Below, one piece after another: positions 33,178 to 48,421 of a DNA stretch of 64,000 nucleotides. This stretch comes from the human T2T-CHM13v2.0 reference genome, Homo sapiens, in NCBI GenBank assembly GCA_009914755.4, contig CP068257.2, positions 37,728,001 to 37,792,000 on the forward strand, written 5' to 3'. The position numbers were made by a program, and so were the translations under genes. How positions within the stretch are numbered: the stretch's first letter is position 1; every line of letters starts with the position of its first letter. Under the pieces are notes generated by a model that saw only the letters and a list, made by a program, of their open reading frames with translations, was not told where the DNA came from and made no database searches.

Positions 33178-34534
33178 TTTGACCAGGAATTTAAAATCCA
33201 CTTATTTTCATGATTTATATTGATTTCTGGCTGAAGCCAACACTCTTCACTGGATTTATTCAACTCACAGATTTCAATGTTTGGTTCCCTTCTTGTCCAC
33301 TTTAAGGTGCATTTTATGTGCAATAAAAGGTGTTCAGACATTTTAAAAAGATTCTCTTTGAAATTTTTTTAGGGACTCCTGAGCCTCTGACATATGTCCC
33401 AATTACCCTATTCTCAGGTCAGGCTGAGGTGGGGCATGTGCCTGGATCCATCGAACGGTGATTGATTGGAAGCAACTGATGTTATTTCTCCAGTAGTGCT
33501 TGGAAGCTTATGGTTTTCCTCTGGCAACCAACACCATGTTCATTAATAAACCAGTAATAGGCTTCTTCTCTGTGGAGTTTCTCTTGCTGCCATCTTGGTT
33601 CATTTTCACGAATGATTATGGTATTTACAGTAGGCAGAATACTGTCCCCCCACCATGTCCACAACCTAATCCCCAGCACATGTGAATATGTTACTTTTTG
33701 TGGCAAATGGACTTTGCAGATGTAGTTAAGTTAACAATTTTAAATGGAGAGATTATTTTGGTTTAGCCACATGGATCCAGTATAATCACAAAGATTCTTC
33801 TAGAGTGAAAGAGGGAAGCAGGAGAGCCAGGGAAGATGTAACAATGGAAGCAGGAGTCAGAGAACTGTGCCTGCTGGATTTGACAAGGAAGAGGGATGCA
33901 AGACCAGGAACGCAGGCAGCCTCTAGAAGCTGGAAAAAGCAAAGAAATGGATTCTCCCGTGAACCACCAGAAGGAACTCAGCTTTGCTTTTATTTTTAGC
34001 CCAATAAGACTCATTTCAGGTATCTTTCTCCTGGAACTGTGAGATAATAAAGTTAAGCCACTGAGTTCATGGTAATATGTTACAGCAGCATTAAGAAATG
34101 AACAGTCTTGTTCTTGTTATGAGCTTTGTTTACTATCTTAACCTGTGCTAGATGTAGATTGACTCATGCTGAAACACCCTGGCTCTCACATTGCTTTCCA
34201 TGTGTTGGAAGAGGGTCTCCGCCTTCCATTGTTGGTGCTTTTGTGAAGTGCTGCTCACAGGAAGCAACAGGAGAGGGTTGAGTTCTTCAGACTGGGTTGC
34301 CTGTGAAGCCCGGGTGCTGCTGCTTCTCTCCCACCGCTGCTGCAAAGTTGAGGACATGCTCCAGGGTTTTTTTTTTTTTTTTTTTTTGTTAGGAGTTCTC
34401 GACTGTCCAGGAATTAGGTAATCCTTTTCCTGAAGATAGGTGGCAGTGGGGTGTGGTAGTGGACTTCTCTTTAGCCAGAGGCAGAGACTGGGGGCGGGTG
34501 AAAGGGGTCCAGTGGGGTCGGGGCTGTCATCACT

Positions 34535-34846
34535 TTTCCTTTTTTTTTTCTTGTTTTTTGAGATTGAGTCTCTCTGTTGCTCAGGCTGGAGTGCAACAGT
34601 GTGATCTGGGCTCACTGCAATCTCCGCCTCCTGGGTTCAAGTGATTCTACTGCCTCAGCCTCTTGAGTAGCTGGGATTACAGGCGTGTGCCATGCGCCAC
34701 CACGCCCGACTAATTTTTGTATTTTTAGGAGAGATGGGTTTTCACCATGTTGATCAGGCTGGTCTCGAACTCCTGACCTCAGGTGATCTACCCACCTCGG
34801 CCTCCCAAAATACTGGGATTACAGGCATGAGCCACCATGCTTGGCC
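34535..34846 (-). mobile_element. Alu SINE with a clear 15-bp target-site duplication ctgtcatcacttttc
   Basis: The TSD is present at 34526-34540 and again at 34847-34861. Confidence 0.9.
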
Positions 34847-35066
34847 TGTCATCACTTTTCAAGAGGCAGTTTCTCCTTCTAAATCCATCTCAATCTCCAG
34901 TGAGAGAGGAGCCAGGAGCCTGGCTGCCGTGCTGCGTGGTCCATCCAGGTGGAAGGGAAGGCTATGGAGGAGAGCCAGACTCCTGCTCTTTGTTTTGGTC
35001 AGTTCAGAAGTCACTTAACCAATAAGTCCTTTCAGGGAAGGAATTCACTCTACCACTACAGAATAG

Positions 35067-35590
<524 letters not shown>

Positions 35591-35605
35591 GCATAATTAT
35601 TTTAA

Positions 35606-35900
<295 letters not shown>

Positions 35901-35997
35901 CAATCTTGCATCATTTTGATTAGGAATTAGTCCTCAGAAACCAGTCATGGCAGCATGGCAGAAGAGACAGTTGAACATGTCTTGCTTTATCCACTAG

Positions 35998-36293
<296 letters not shown>

Positions 36294-36649
36294 CACTTTG
36301 CATACATTTGAGTTGGGATTCTTTCGCTGCAAAACCTGATCTTCACCTAGATTCAGGTTAATTTATTAACTATTACTAATGATTGTGAACAGTGCATTCT
36401 ATTAAACTTATTTTTCAGGTATGCAGTTGTGTAAATTGGTTAGACTTACTACAGTGTTTAGATCTGGAACAAAAACGTAAGGCATTTTCCATGTAACTGC
36501 TTGGAACACGACAGTTACCTGCTACTATAAAAACGGTAGTTTTCTATTTATGGAAGAGTTTTTCTTAAACTTATCTAGAATTAAAAGTTAATTTAAAGAA
36601 AGTACTAATTATGACAAAAGCAGGGAGTCGTTAGCACTTGAAACCAGAG

Positions 36650-36970
36650 TTTGGTACTATGAGAAGGTTTTTAATTTTAAAAAGAAGGAAAAAAAGAAAC
36701 ACGGACGTCAGAAAACTGGTTCAGTAGGGATGGGTGCTAGAAGGCTACGGAACCGCCGAAGGCCCAGGAGAAACCCGGAACGTGTTAACCGCTCCAACTG
36801 GAGCCGGACGAAAAAACGGCCCCGCCTCCCGCGAGGGCGACGCAGTTCGCAGGCGCGTCGGCGCGCCTGTTCTGGGGCGCTTGGCTTCACCGCGCAGGCG
36901 CGGTCGCCGCTGTTGTTGTGGTCCCCATGGAGCTGCCGTAGCGGACCCAGCACAGCCAGGAGCGTCCGGG
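36650..36970 (+). promoter_or_regulatory. GET1: GET1 (WRB) CpG-island promoter and 5' UTR; island about 36700-37250
   Basis: CpG-dense, TATA-less, with a GC box ccccgcctcc at about 36822-36832, lying immediately upstream of the GET1 ATG at 36971. Confidence 0.7.
36927..36941 (+). other. Minimal upstream ORF (atg gag ctg ccg tag, MELP) in the GET1 leader
   Basis: Read directly; 30 nt upstream of and out of frame with the main ATG. It is only in the 5' UTR if the TSS lies upstream of 36927. Confidence 0.5.
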
Positions 36971-37072
36971 ATGAGCTCAGCCGCGGCCGACCACTGGGCG
37001 TGGTTGCTGGTGCTCAGCTTCGTGTTTGGATGCAATGTTCTTAGGATCCTCCTCCCGTCCTTCTCATCCTTC
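36971..37072 (+). CDS. GET1: GET1 (WRB) coding exon 1 (MSSAAADHWAWLLVLSFVFGCNVLRILLPSFSSF)
   Basis: ATG in context ccgggATGa; 34 codons followed by gtaagt donor. Matches the WRB/GET1 N-terminus. Confidence 0.92.
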
Positions 37073-38255
37073 GTAAGTGGCTGCCTGGCCTCCCAAGGGC
37101 CGGTGGGGATGCCGCCCCAGTCCCCCGGCGGGTCTGGCGTAGGTACAGGGGTCTCAACTGGGCGACTGAAGGCCGTAGTAGCGTCTTGGTTGGTCCGTAA
37201 GCTTTTTTGAGATAGTTGTTAGCGTCTAAAAGGTACGACGCTTTACCCCAAAATCAGACTTTCTGGGTTCTAGGGGGTTGGGAGAAACACCGGGCAACCC
37301 TGGACTCTTCTGGCTGTGGGTGGCGGCGGCGAACCTCACACTGGGAGTTCCTAGTGCCCCGCTGTCAGCCTCGTTTCCGTTAATCCTGGTTCCTAGAGGC
37401 ATTCGAGCAGCCCTCGGCCAGGGTTTCCCAGAGGCCTGGCGGGCGAAGTCAGCTGTTCCAGGTCCCGGAGAGATGGATCCTCGCGTCCAGGAGCCCACAT
37501 TCTTGGGGTGGGTAGGGTGGGAGACAGGTGTAGAGAGAATCTCAGTACAGCGTGATGCCTTCAGTATCCAAGGGAGCAACCAGGTTGGGGAACACTCTCT
37601 TTCTGCCAGGTAGTGAGTACATTACCTCTGTCTCACGGCTGCTGGGAGAGGCGAGTATTATCATCCCACCCTCCTTTACCTCCCGGAGGAGTCTGGCTCA
37701 AGAGAATTTAGTGGTGGCACTAAGTCATCCACCTAGTGACTGGAGGTGGAGATTTGATTGCCTTTTGGAGCAGGGATAGGGATTTGGTGGCAAATTGGAC
37801 AGGGCGTGGTGGGGTGTGGCCATGGAAGGCGGGGGTACCTTGGGAACTGTCCCCGAGAATGAGCGCCCTCCGTATGCCCACAGCAGAAATGAGGAGCTGT
37901 TGGGCAAAGGCGGAGTCCTCAAAGATTGGGCGCATTCGTTTCAGCGTTGTCTTGGAAAACAGTTCTTGCTTTTCTCTCCTAAGATAAATTGGTAGTAGTG
38001 GAGGATATTTTATTCCACCAGTATTCATTGAGTGCCTGTTTTGTGCAAAACTCTATTCTTACTCTCTCAATTGTCCTACTGTCTGCATTGTCCTGAGATA
38101 TAGGGAATTCTCTTTTAACCCCTGAGTCTCCTTCAGAATCTTTCCTGATGCTATCCAGTCTTTAAGATGATGTCTCAGGCATTGCATAAAAGACTCCTGA
38201 TGAGCTGGCCCATGCTCATCTTCTTGTTTTTAATTGTAAAATACACATAATATGA

Positions 38256-38989
<734 letters not shown>

Positions 38990-38999
38990 TAAACAACAA

Positions 39000-41146
<2,147 letters not shown>

Positions 41147-41340
41147 ACAATTTTTTTTTTTTTTTTTAACTTTTAAGTTCAGGGATACATGTGCGGGTTT
41201 GTTATATAGGTAAACTTGTGTCATGGGTGTTTGTTGTACAGATTATTTCGTCACCCAGTTATTAAGTCTAGTATTCATTAGTTATTTTTCCTGATTGTCT
41301 CCCTCCCACCCCCTATCCTCCACCCTCCAAAATAGAAAAA
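41147..41340 (-). mobile_element. L1 3'-UTR terminal fragment (primate L1-like), reverse-complemented with its poly-A as a leading T-run
   Basis: T22 then cttttaagttcagggatacatgtgcgggtttgttatataggtaaacttgtgtcatgggtgtttg..., matching the extreme 3' end of primate L1 on the opposite strand. Confidence 0.7.
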
Positions 41341-42215
41341 TTTGTTTTTAGAGGCCGGGTCTTGCTCTGTGACTCAGGACCTGTGGCCACATCCTGTGCT
41401 GCCTCATACAACCTTATGGCCTCTCTAACCTCAACCCAGTTAGCTTTCCTAAACCCATTTCCCTATGATTGTTAACACTTGTTGTTAGCCAGGTTCAGAA
41501 GGATAACATAATTATTATCCCAGCAGAGTACACCCACCCTGTAATCGGTAAGAGAGATGTTTGGCCTGGTCACTGGGTTTGTGGTGAGAGTCTGTGAAAA
41601 GCTGTAAGGAACGCGCTGGTCTTCAGTAGGGTCAAATGCTGCTCCTTCACCATCGTCAGAGGCTACTTCATCACAGCCTCTCTGATTTGAGGATTCAAGT
41701 GGGAAAGACTCATGACAAGCAGCAGAAAGTCGAATTGGGAAAACAGTGCCCTCAGGGATGGGGCCGCGCTCAGGTACTTAGATTATAACCTCCGTTGGGA
41801 TGTTTCTGAAGCTTTCGTCTTAGCAGAAGTTAGGGAGGCAGCACCCCGATCTCAGCACTCAGTCTAGGCCGCACTGGTCCCCGCACTGGTCTCCCCCCTC
41901 CCCCCGCGTGAGGCCTTAGGAGGTCTGAAGTATCAGAAGTCCTTGGGCCAGTTAAGCCTAGCAAGGTCCTGGGAGGCGATCTCAGCTGTCCGCTGCGGTG
42001 GGGGTGGGATGCCTGGTAAGGACACCAAGTCCGTGGTGTTGGCGTGGTTGGAATTTTCCTGGGATCGCTCCCTTCTCTTCAAGCTGGTCACGGGGACGCA
42101 TGGTTGAGAGCGCCTAGTTCATTCAGTAGGTGGTCCAGGACTTTCTTCAGCTATAGAGGGGAACAAAGACGCCTTTGGTGAGCACCGGCTCTGCAGCTCT
42201 GCGGGTGCAGGGGAG

Positions 42216-42625
42216 GTGTACTGCGTAGGTGCCCCAGGACTGGCGGGGGCTGAGGGTCCATGCGAACGGCACTACTACGCAGGCGTCGCAGGACTGGCCC
42301 GGGCTCAAGGTCCGTGCAAACTGCATGCACTGCGCAGGTGCTCCAGGACTCGCGCGGGGTCAAAGTCCATGCAAGCCGCACGCACTGCACAGGTGCCCCA
42401 GGACTGGCACGGGCTCAGAGTCCACGCATACCGCACACACTGCGCAGGCGCTCCAGGACTGGCGCGGGCTCAGAGTCTATGCAAACCGCATACACTGTGC
42501 AGGCGCCCTAGGACTGGCGCTGGCTCAGGGTCCCTGCGAGCTGCACGCACTGCGCAGGCGCCCCAGAGCTGGTGTGGGCTGAGTGGCCACACGAGCCACA
42601 TGCACTGCGCAGGCGCCAGGAGGCC
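42216..42625. repeat. GC-rich minisatellite: about 7.5 tandem copies of a 55-bp unit (gcaggcgccccaggactggcgcgggctcagagtccatgcaaaccgcacacactgc), CpG-rich
   Basis: Periodicity is seen directly: gcaggYgcYccaggactggcRcgggctca units recur every about 55 bp. The spurious repeated peptide ORFs at 42216-42704 reflect it. Located in GET1 intron 1. Confidence 0.9.
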
Positions 42626-43436
42626 CTTCCTCTCAATCCGAGCTTTGCAGATGAAGGACTCTGCGTGTGTTGCCTTCTGGGCTTACGGGCCGAGTGCCCT
42701 TTGAGATTCAACTTTTTCTAAATTATCCTTCACTTTCTGCTGTAAAGAGTGGCCACCTCCTTTTTCCTCTAGGGGACTGAAGCGAGAGGAGGATATTGCA
42801 GGGTTTGCCTCTGTGGTCATCTTCTTAGAGAGCACCCCCTCCGCCCCCACACCCTTTTCCTCAGAGCCGTTGCTTAGTGAGTCCCTGCCATGGACCAGGC
42901 TTGGGAATGGTCCCCAAGTATTAGTTTAGGAGGACGACTCTCTGCTTCACAGGACCTACCCCAGAATCCTGTGACTCAGAAGCGCGCTTGTGAAGTGCGC
43001 ATGTGCGGGCAGGGCCTCCAGTGGGGCTCTCGTGGGGGCAGCAGCCAAGGACTGGGGCTGGTGGCCTGGAGAGCTGCCCGCTTCTCCGCCCTTGCCGGTA
43101 GGGTTCCTGGCCGAGAGTGGCATCTGGGGCTGTTCAGGGTCTGGAGCTTCCTGAGTTGGAAGACCCTGTCCTCTGTGTTCAGGGACTCAGGGTGACCTGA
43201 GTTGGTGGTTCCTGGGTTTGCCTGCTCTACTGCTGGCAGGGACTAGCACGGGGTGTGCACGTTGTCATGCCATCAATTAATTCAGAGATTCACTTTTGTT
43301 CTAAAAATTAATATTTGCATTATTACATTTAGATTCATATTAAATCTTACACTGCATGATTCTAGAACATTTTAACACTTATACGTGGGTCTTGGATTAA
43401 CATTGATACATATTTGCAAATTTATACTTTAAAACT

Positions 43437-43735
43437 TTTTTTTTTTTAGAGACAGGGTCTCACTCTGTTGCCAAGGCTGTAGTGTGGTGGTGCCATCATA
43501 ACTCACAGCAGCCTCAACCTTTCGGGCTCAAGTGATCCCTCCCTCCCCGCCTCAGCCTCCTGAGTAGCTGGGGCCACACGGACCACAGGCGTGCACCACC
43601 ACACCTGACTAATTTTTAATTTTTTGGTAGAGATTGGGTCTTGCTATGTTGCCCCGCCTGGTCTCGAACTCCTGGGCTCAAACGATCTTCCCGCGTCAGT
43701 CTCCGAAAGTGCTGGGATTACTGCACTGCGCCTGG
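43437..43735 (-). mobile_element. Alu SINE (AluJ-like)
   Basis: Reverse-complement Alu. Confidence 0.85.
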
Positions 43736-44675
43736 CTCAGACAGTTTTTATTGTGCTTATACATGTAATAGATGTAATTATTTTTTCAAGCACCAGTTGT
43801 TTTTGTTAACCTTACAAAGCTGCCTTCAGTTTTCCTGAAGTTCACCCTTCTGCCTTCACTCACCTCCCATTCCTGAGTTGTTTTGTGTATTCCCTATAAT
43901 GCTAAATAATGTCTTGGAATCTCTTTTTCTTTTTAAAATATGGTTTTAAAAGTCAGATTTATTGAAGTGTAATTTGTATAAGGCGAAATTATCAAAAAGT
44001 CCTTAGCAGTGTCTGTAGATTTTCCTTGCTTTTGAAAGATAATTTTGTGATTCATCTAAGAGAATTTGGCCCATTCCTATTTCCTTCTCCAGAGTGGATC
44101 AGGCTGGAGTATAGCTCCTTCGGTTATAGTGCTGGGTAGTGGCCAGGGCAGAGGCACCACAAAGAGAGCTGGATTTGAACCCCCTACTCCCTGCGCAAAG
44201 GCTGCCAGAAGCTGCGCTGCAGTGAACACGCTGCGCATGAGCCCCTAGACCCCTCCACCCCCCCTACTCCCCACACTCCCCCCCCCCACTTTTGCCTCAT
44301 CACGCAGGCGCTGGTAGGCGGCATCACTGGGCGGGTCAGAAACCACGCGCATGCGCAGACACCCTCAGGCGACTGGCGGGTCGCGGCTTCCAAGCTCTAA
44401 ATGGAGAGTTGTCCCTACTGTGCGGCAGGCGGAGGAGACCTGTAAGCTGGAAGGGGGAGGGGGGGGGATCTGATTTATTGTGTGCCAGGCACACTTTAGA
44501 TACACTATAACATTTCGTCTTTATTAATCTATTTTTAAAATTTCGAAACAAACACAAATGTGCAGAAAAGTTATATACAGTCAATACCGATAACTGATTT
44601 TGTTTCCTGAACCATTTGGAAGTTGTCAACCCAAACCCCCTCATTCCGAGATACTTTGGTATTCAAAAGAATCTT

Positions 44676-44909
44676 GGGGGCCGGGCACAGTGGCTCACGC
44701 CTTTAATCCCAGCACTTTGGGAGGCCGAGGCTGGCGGATCGCTTGAGCTCAGGAGTTCACTGGCAACATAGTGAAACCGTGTGTCTACTAAAACTAAAAA
44801 AAAATTAGTCGAGTGTGGTGGTGCAGGCCTGTAGTCCCAGATGCTCAGGAGGCTCAGGTGGGAGTATCGCTTGAGCCCAGGAAGTCGAGGTTGCAGTGAG
44901 CCGAGATCT
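44676..44909 (+). mobile_element. Alu SINE, 3'-truncated
   Basis: ggccgggcacagtggctcacgcctttaatcccagc...gcagtgagccgagatc with no tail. Confidence 0.85.
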
Positions 44910-45639
44910 AATGCAGGCGTCAAGTACGTTACCACGATCTGATCCTCAGACCCCATGCAGGTTCCCCACGTTTCGCAGTAATGTCCTTAACAGGGAAAGG
45001 ACCCAGTTCGGAATCATGCATTGCATTTCCCGGCCTCTAGCCTCCTGTCTGGAGGAGTTTCCCAGTCTTCCCTTGACTTTCATGGCTGTCATTTGTGGGT
45101 GTCAGAGGCCAGTGATTTCGCAGAAGGGACGCCTACTGGCATGTCTGATACTTGGTAGGGATTTCTGAGAGGCAGTGCTGTGTTCTCATTGTGTCTCATC
45201 CGCTGGTGTGGGACTGGGATTTGGGGATGTTCGCTGATCCCTTGGGGTAGGTGCCAGAGGCGCCACTGAGGGATCTGGTCTTGGGGCGCCCGCGCAGTCC
45301 TTGGACTAGGCCTTCCCGGCAGATCTGCGGGCGCCACCTGGCGGTCACTGCCGACTCCTCCGTTGCGCTCCAGTCACCTCTCCCATCCCGGTGCCGTGGC
45401 CGGGCGGTTCCCTGGAGAGTGGACGGCTGGGGCTGGTGCAGGGAACAGGGGCCTGCGGGGGCTGCGCAGGCGGGCCTCCAGGTCATGCGGGGCCCCTCTG
45501 CTCACAGGGACCAGCCAGGCCAGCCTGGGGAGCGTGCTTCTTTGTTTATGTCTGTATTTCTCTGCCTATCTGTGGAAACCACAGATCTCCAATTGAAGCC
45601 AACACCACAAGATTCATTCTGCTTCTCTCCGAGACGCCT

Positions 45640-45705
45640 GCCTGCCTGCCTTCCTTCCTTCCTTCCTCCCTCCCTTCCTCCCTTCTTCCCTTCCTTCCTT
45701 CACCA
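45640..45705. repeat. (TTCC)n / (CCTT)n-like simple repeat
   Basis: cctgcctgccttccttccttccttcctccctcccttcc... Confidence 0.85.
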
Positions 45706-45717
45706 GGTTATGAAAGT

Positions 45718-46032
<315 letters not shown>

Positions 46033-47282
46033 GGCATCTTTCTAAGTGTCTTTGTTGAAAGTGAGAAGACTGGCTTCCGTTACTCTCAATATGTTTATTT
46101 CTGTGATCACCCTTTTGTAATTAATCTCTGGTGTCCACCGCCCACTGTTACCCAAGTGAATGCATGCCTCTCCCCACCTGGGCTCCGACCCTGGCAGGGT
46201 TCCTTCTTGTCTTGTATGTCTGTCTCCCTCACCCTACAGACCCTGACTCCTGTGTCAGGCTGCCCTTTCTTGGGGACCCCTGTATCACCATGCCTGGCCC
46301 TGATGCCTCTTGCCAGGGTGCCATTCTGTGGGAAGGCCCTCTGCACTGAGCTTGGGCACTGACATTCTGCCCTGGGCCCCTGCCTCACCACTGTTACCCT
46401 GCACCTGCACCTTGCTCTGCCCCGTCTAATCTAGGACTGAATTCTTCTGGGAGGGGAGAGGTTACATGTTCCCTGTCACTGGAATAACAGCTCTGGTGAT
46501 GGAATTGGTTTTCATTTCACAATTGCAATTTTATTTATAGTGAAACAGACAAACATTTGTATTGGAGCAAATTCATGGGCATATCTGTAAAAGGAAAAAT
46601 ATAGTTTGAATAGCAATTTGAATATGAGTTTTTTTTTTTTTTTTTTTGTGGTCGTTATAGGGAGCCGAAAAAGGCAGCAGAGGCTGGCTGTGTAGGTAGA
46701 GGGCAGCTTGCCCAGTTGGCAGAGGTGGGAGTAGGATGTTGGAGGAAGGTGTACCGGTTCTGTCTGGCCAAACCCATGCTGGAGTCACCTCAAAAGCAGT
46801 GGCAGGGGAGTTCCCTCAAGGGGCTGCTCCAGACTGCCTGGAGATGGGGCTGGCTTGGATTCCAAAGAAAGAAGCACTAAACGCCAGGGTGATAAGTCCA
46901 CAGCATTCATGACGGGAACTTACAAGAGCTGCGGCAGTCCCGGGACAGCCAGTGAGAGAAAGGGACATTTACCTAGGGCTGTCTGCCACCCGGGGGTTGG
47001 GGTATGGAGTGTATGTGGGAGTTTAAGGACTTTGTCATGGTGGGGCTAGTTTGTAGGTGTTTCTCAGCAGGATGAATCTCCCAGTGTTCTCCAGCAACAG
47101 CCTTTGCTCTTTATCAGTCCTGGGAACGTTCACGGCCGCAGTTTGCATTCAGTCCTGCAGGGACGCACACAACTGGCTGGGTCACAGAGTGGTCAGGGCA
47201 TAGACAGAAAGTAGCGGGGGACTGGGGAACCCTCCTGTGACCCGTGTTGGAAGGTGCTGATCCCCGTTGTCCGCCCTGCCAG

Positions 47283-47448
47283 ATGTCCAGGGTGCTGCAG
47301 AAGGACGCGGAGCAGGAGTCACAGATGAGAGCGGAGATCCAGGACATGAAGCAGGAGCTCTCCACAGTCAACATGATGGACGAGTTTGCCAGATATGCCA
47401 GGCTGGAAAGAAAGATCAACAAGATGACGGATAAGCTCAAAACCCATG
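47283..47448 (+). CDS. GET1: GET1 coding exon 2 (MSRVLQKDAEQESQMRAEIQDMKQELSTVNMMDEFARYARLERKINKMTDKLKTH + 1 nt)
   Basis: ccgccctgccag acceptor, donor G|gtactg. Frame is continuous with exon 1; encodes the coiled-coil region of WRB. Confidence 0.92.
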
Positions 47449-48353
47449 GTACTGTGTCCCTTGCAGCCTGGAGGCTTCATGAGAGCGGATGAATAGAGAA
47501 GTCTGTATGTGAAGATTAGTAGAATACATACTTTGCTTCTTGGATGTTCTGAATATTGATGGAAACTTAAGTTATCTGGAGGAAACTCAGTAATAAGTAT
47601 TACTTTCCTCTTATTTGCTGGTGAACCTTTGCTTTCTAAGCACAGAAATATCTAAGATCCTCTCAGATTTTCCTCAGAGCCAACTCTTTAAAATTTTAAG
47701 CTAACTCTTAAAAATTGTAGGTTTTCATTTTTAAATTCATCACTTTTCTGAGAGAAGCCCAGAAAAAAAGTCTCACAGTGGATTCCCAGAGGCTTTTGTT
47801 CCACTCTCTAGAAAAATGCCCAGCAGTGTCCTCTTCTGAGTGTCACCTCCCGGGTCCAGTGTCCTGTGATGAAGAGCGCTTTCTCAGGGCAGCCCGTGTG
47901 CTGAGGGACCCCGGTCACAGTGTGTGCACAGTCAGAGAGCTGTCTCTGTGGCTAGGAAAACAGACAGAGGGGCCTGTCCAGGCCCAGGACAAGCTGGACT
48001 CCCACCAGGGGTTCGTGTACTGTGCACACTGGGAAATAAGGAGGAAAATTTAGTCCTGTTGGTAAGTGGTAACTGTATTATACAAAGAATCTTTGATTTC
48101 ATGAGTCGTTTTAAGAGTTTTCAAAATTAAAGCTATTCAAATCTCAATCTGAGTCGGATACTATTTTAAATAATGGCATAATGAGATGGTGGGTGACTTA
48201 AAAATTCTATTTTATATTTTCTAAATATGTTGAGCGATTGTTCCATTTATAATCAGAAAGTGTATTATAAGGGAAAATAACATTTCTGTGTATTTGAATA
48301 TTTTGTTAATTTTTCAGGACTGACATAATTATTTATCCTGTTTTTCCTTTCAG

Positions 48354-48421
48354 TGAAAGCTCGGACAGCTCAATTAGCCAAGATAAAATGGGTGATAAGT
48401 GTCGCTTTCTACGTATTGCAG
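48354..48421 (+). CDS. GET1: GET1 coding exon 3 (VKARTAQLAKIKWVISVAFYVLQ)
   Basis: tttttcctttcag acceptor and CAG|gtaagtgt donor; phase 1 in, phase 0 out. Confidence 0.92.

Noticed and set aside
36734-37210. 158-aa ORF spanning GET1 exon 1 and continuing into the intron
   Set aside because: This is read-through past the gtaagt donor at 37073 in GC-rich DNA. The true protein continues in exon 2 at 47283.
42216-42711. Family of Arg/Ala-rich ORFs with an internally repeated peptide
   Set aside because: This is a periodic translation of the 55-bp minisatellite, not a repeat-protein gene. There is no start context or splice signals, and all frames are open because of GC richness.
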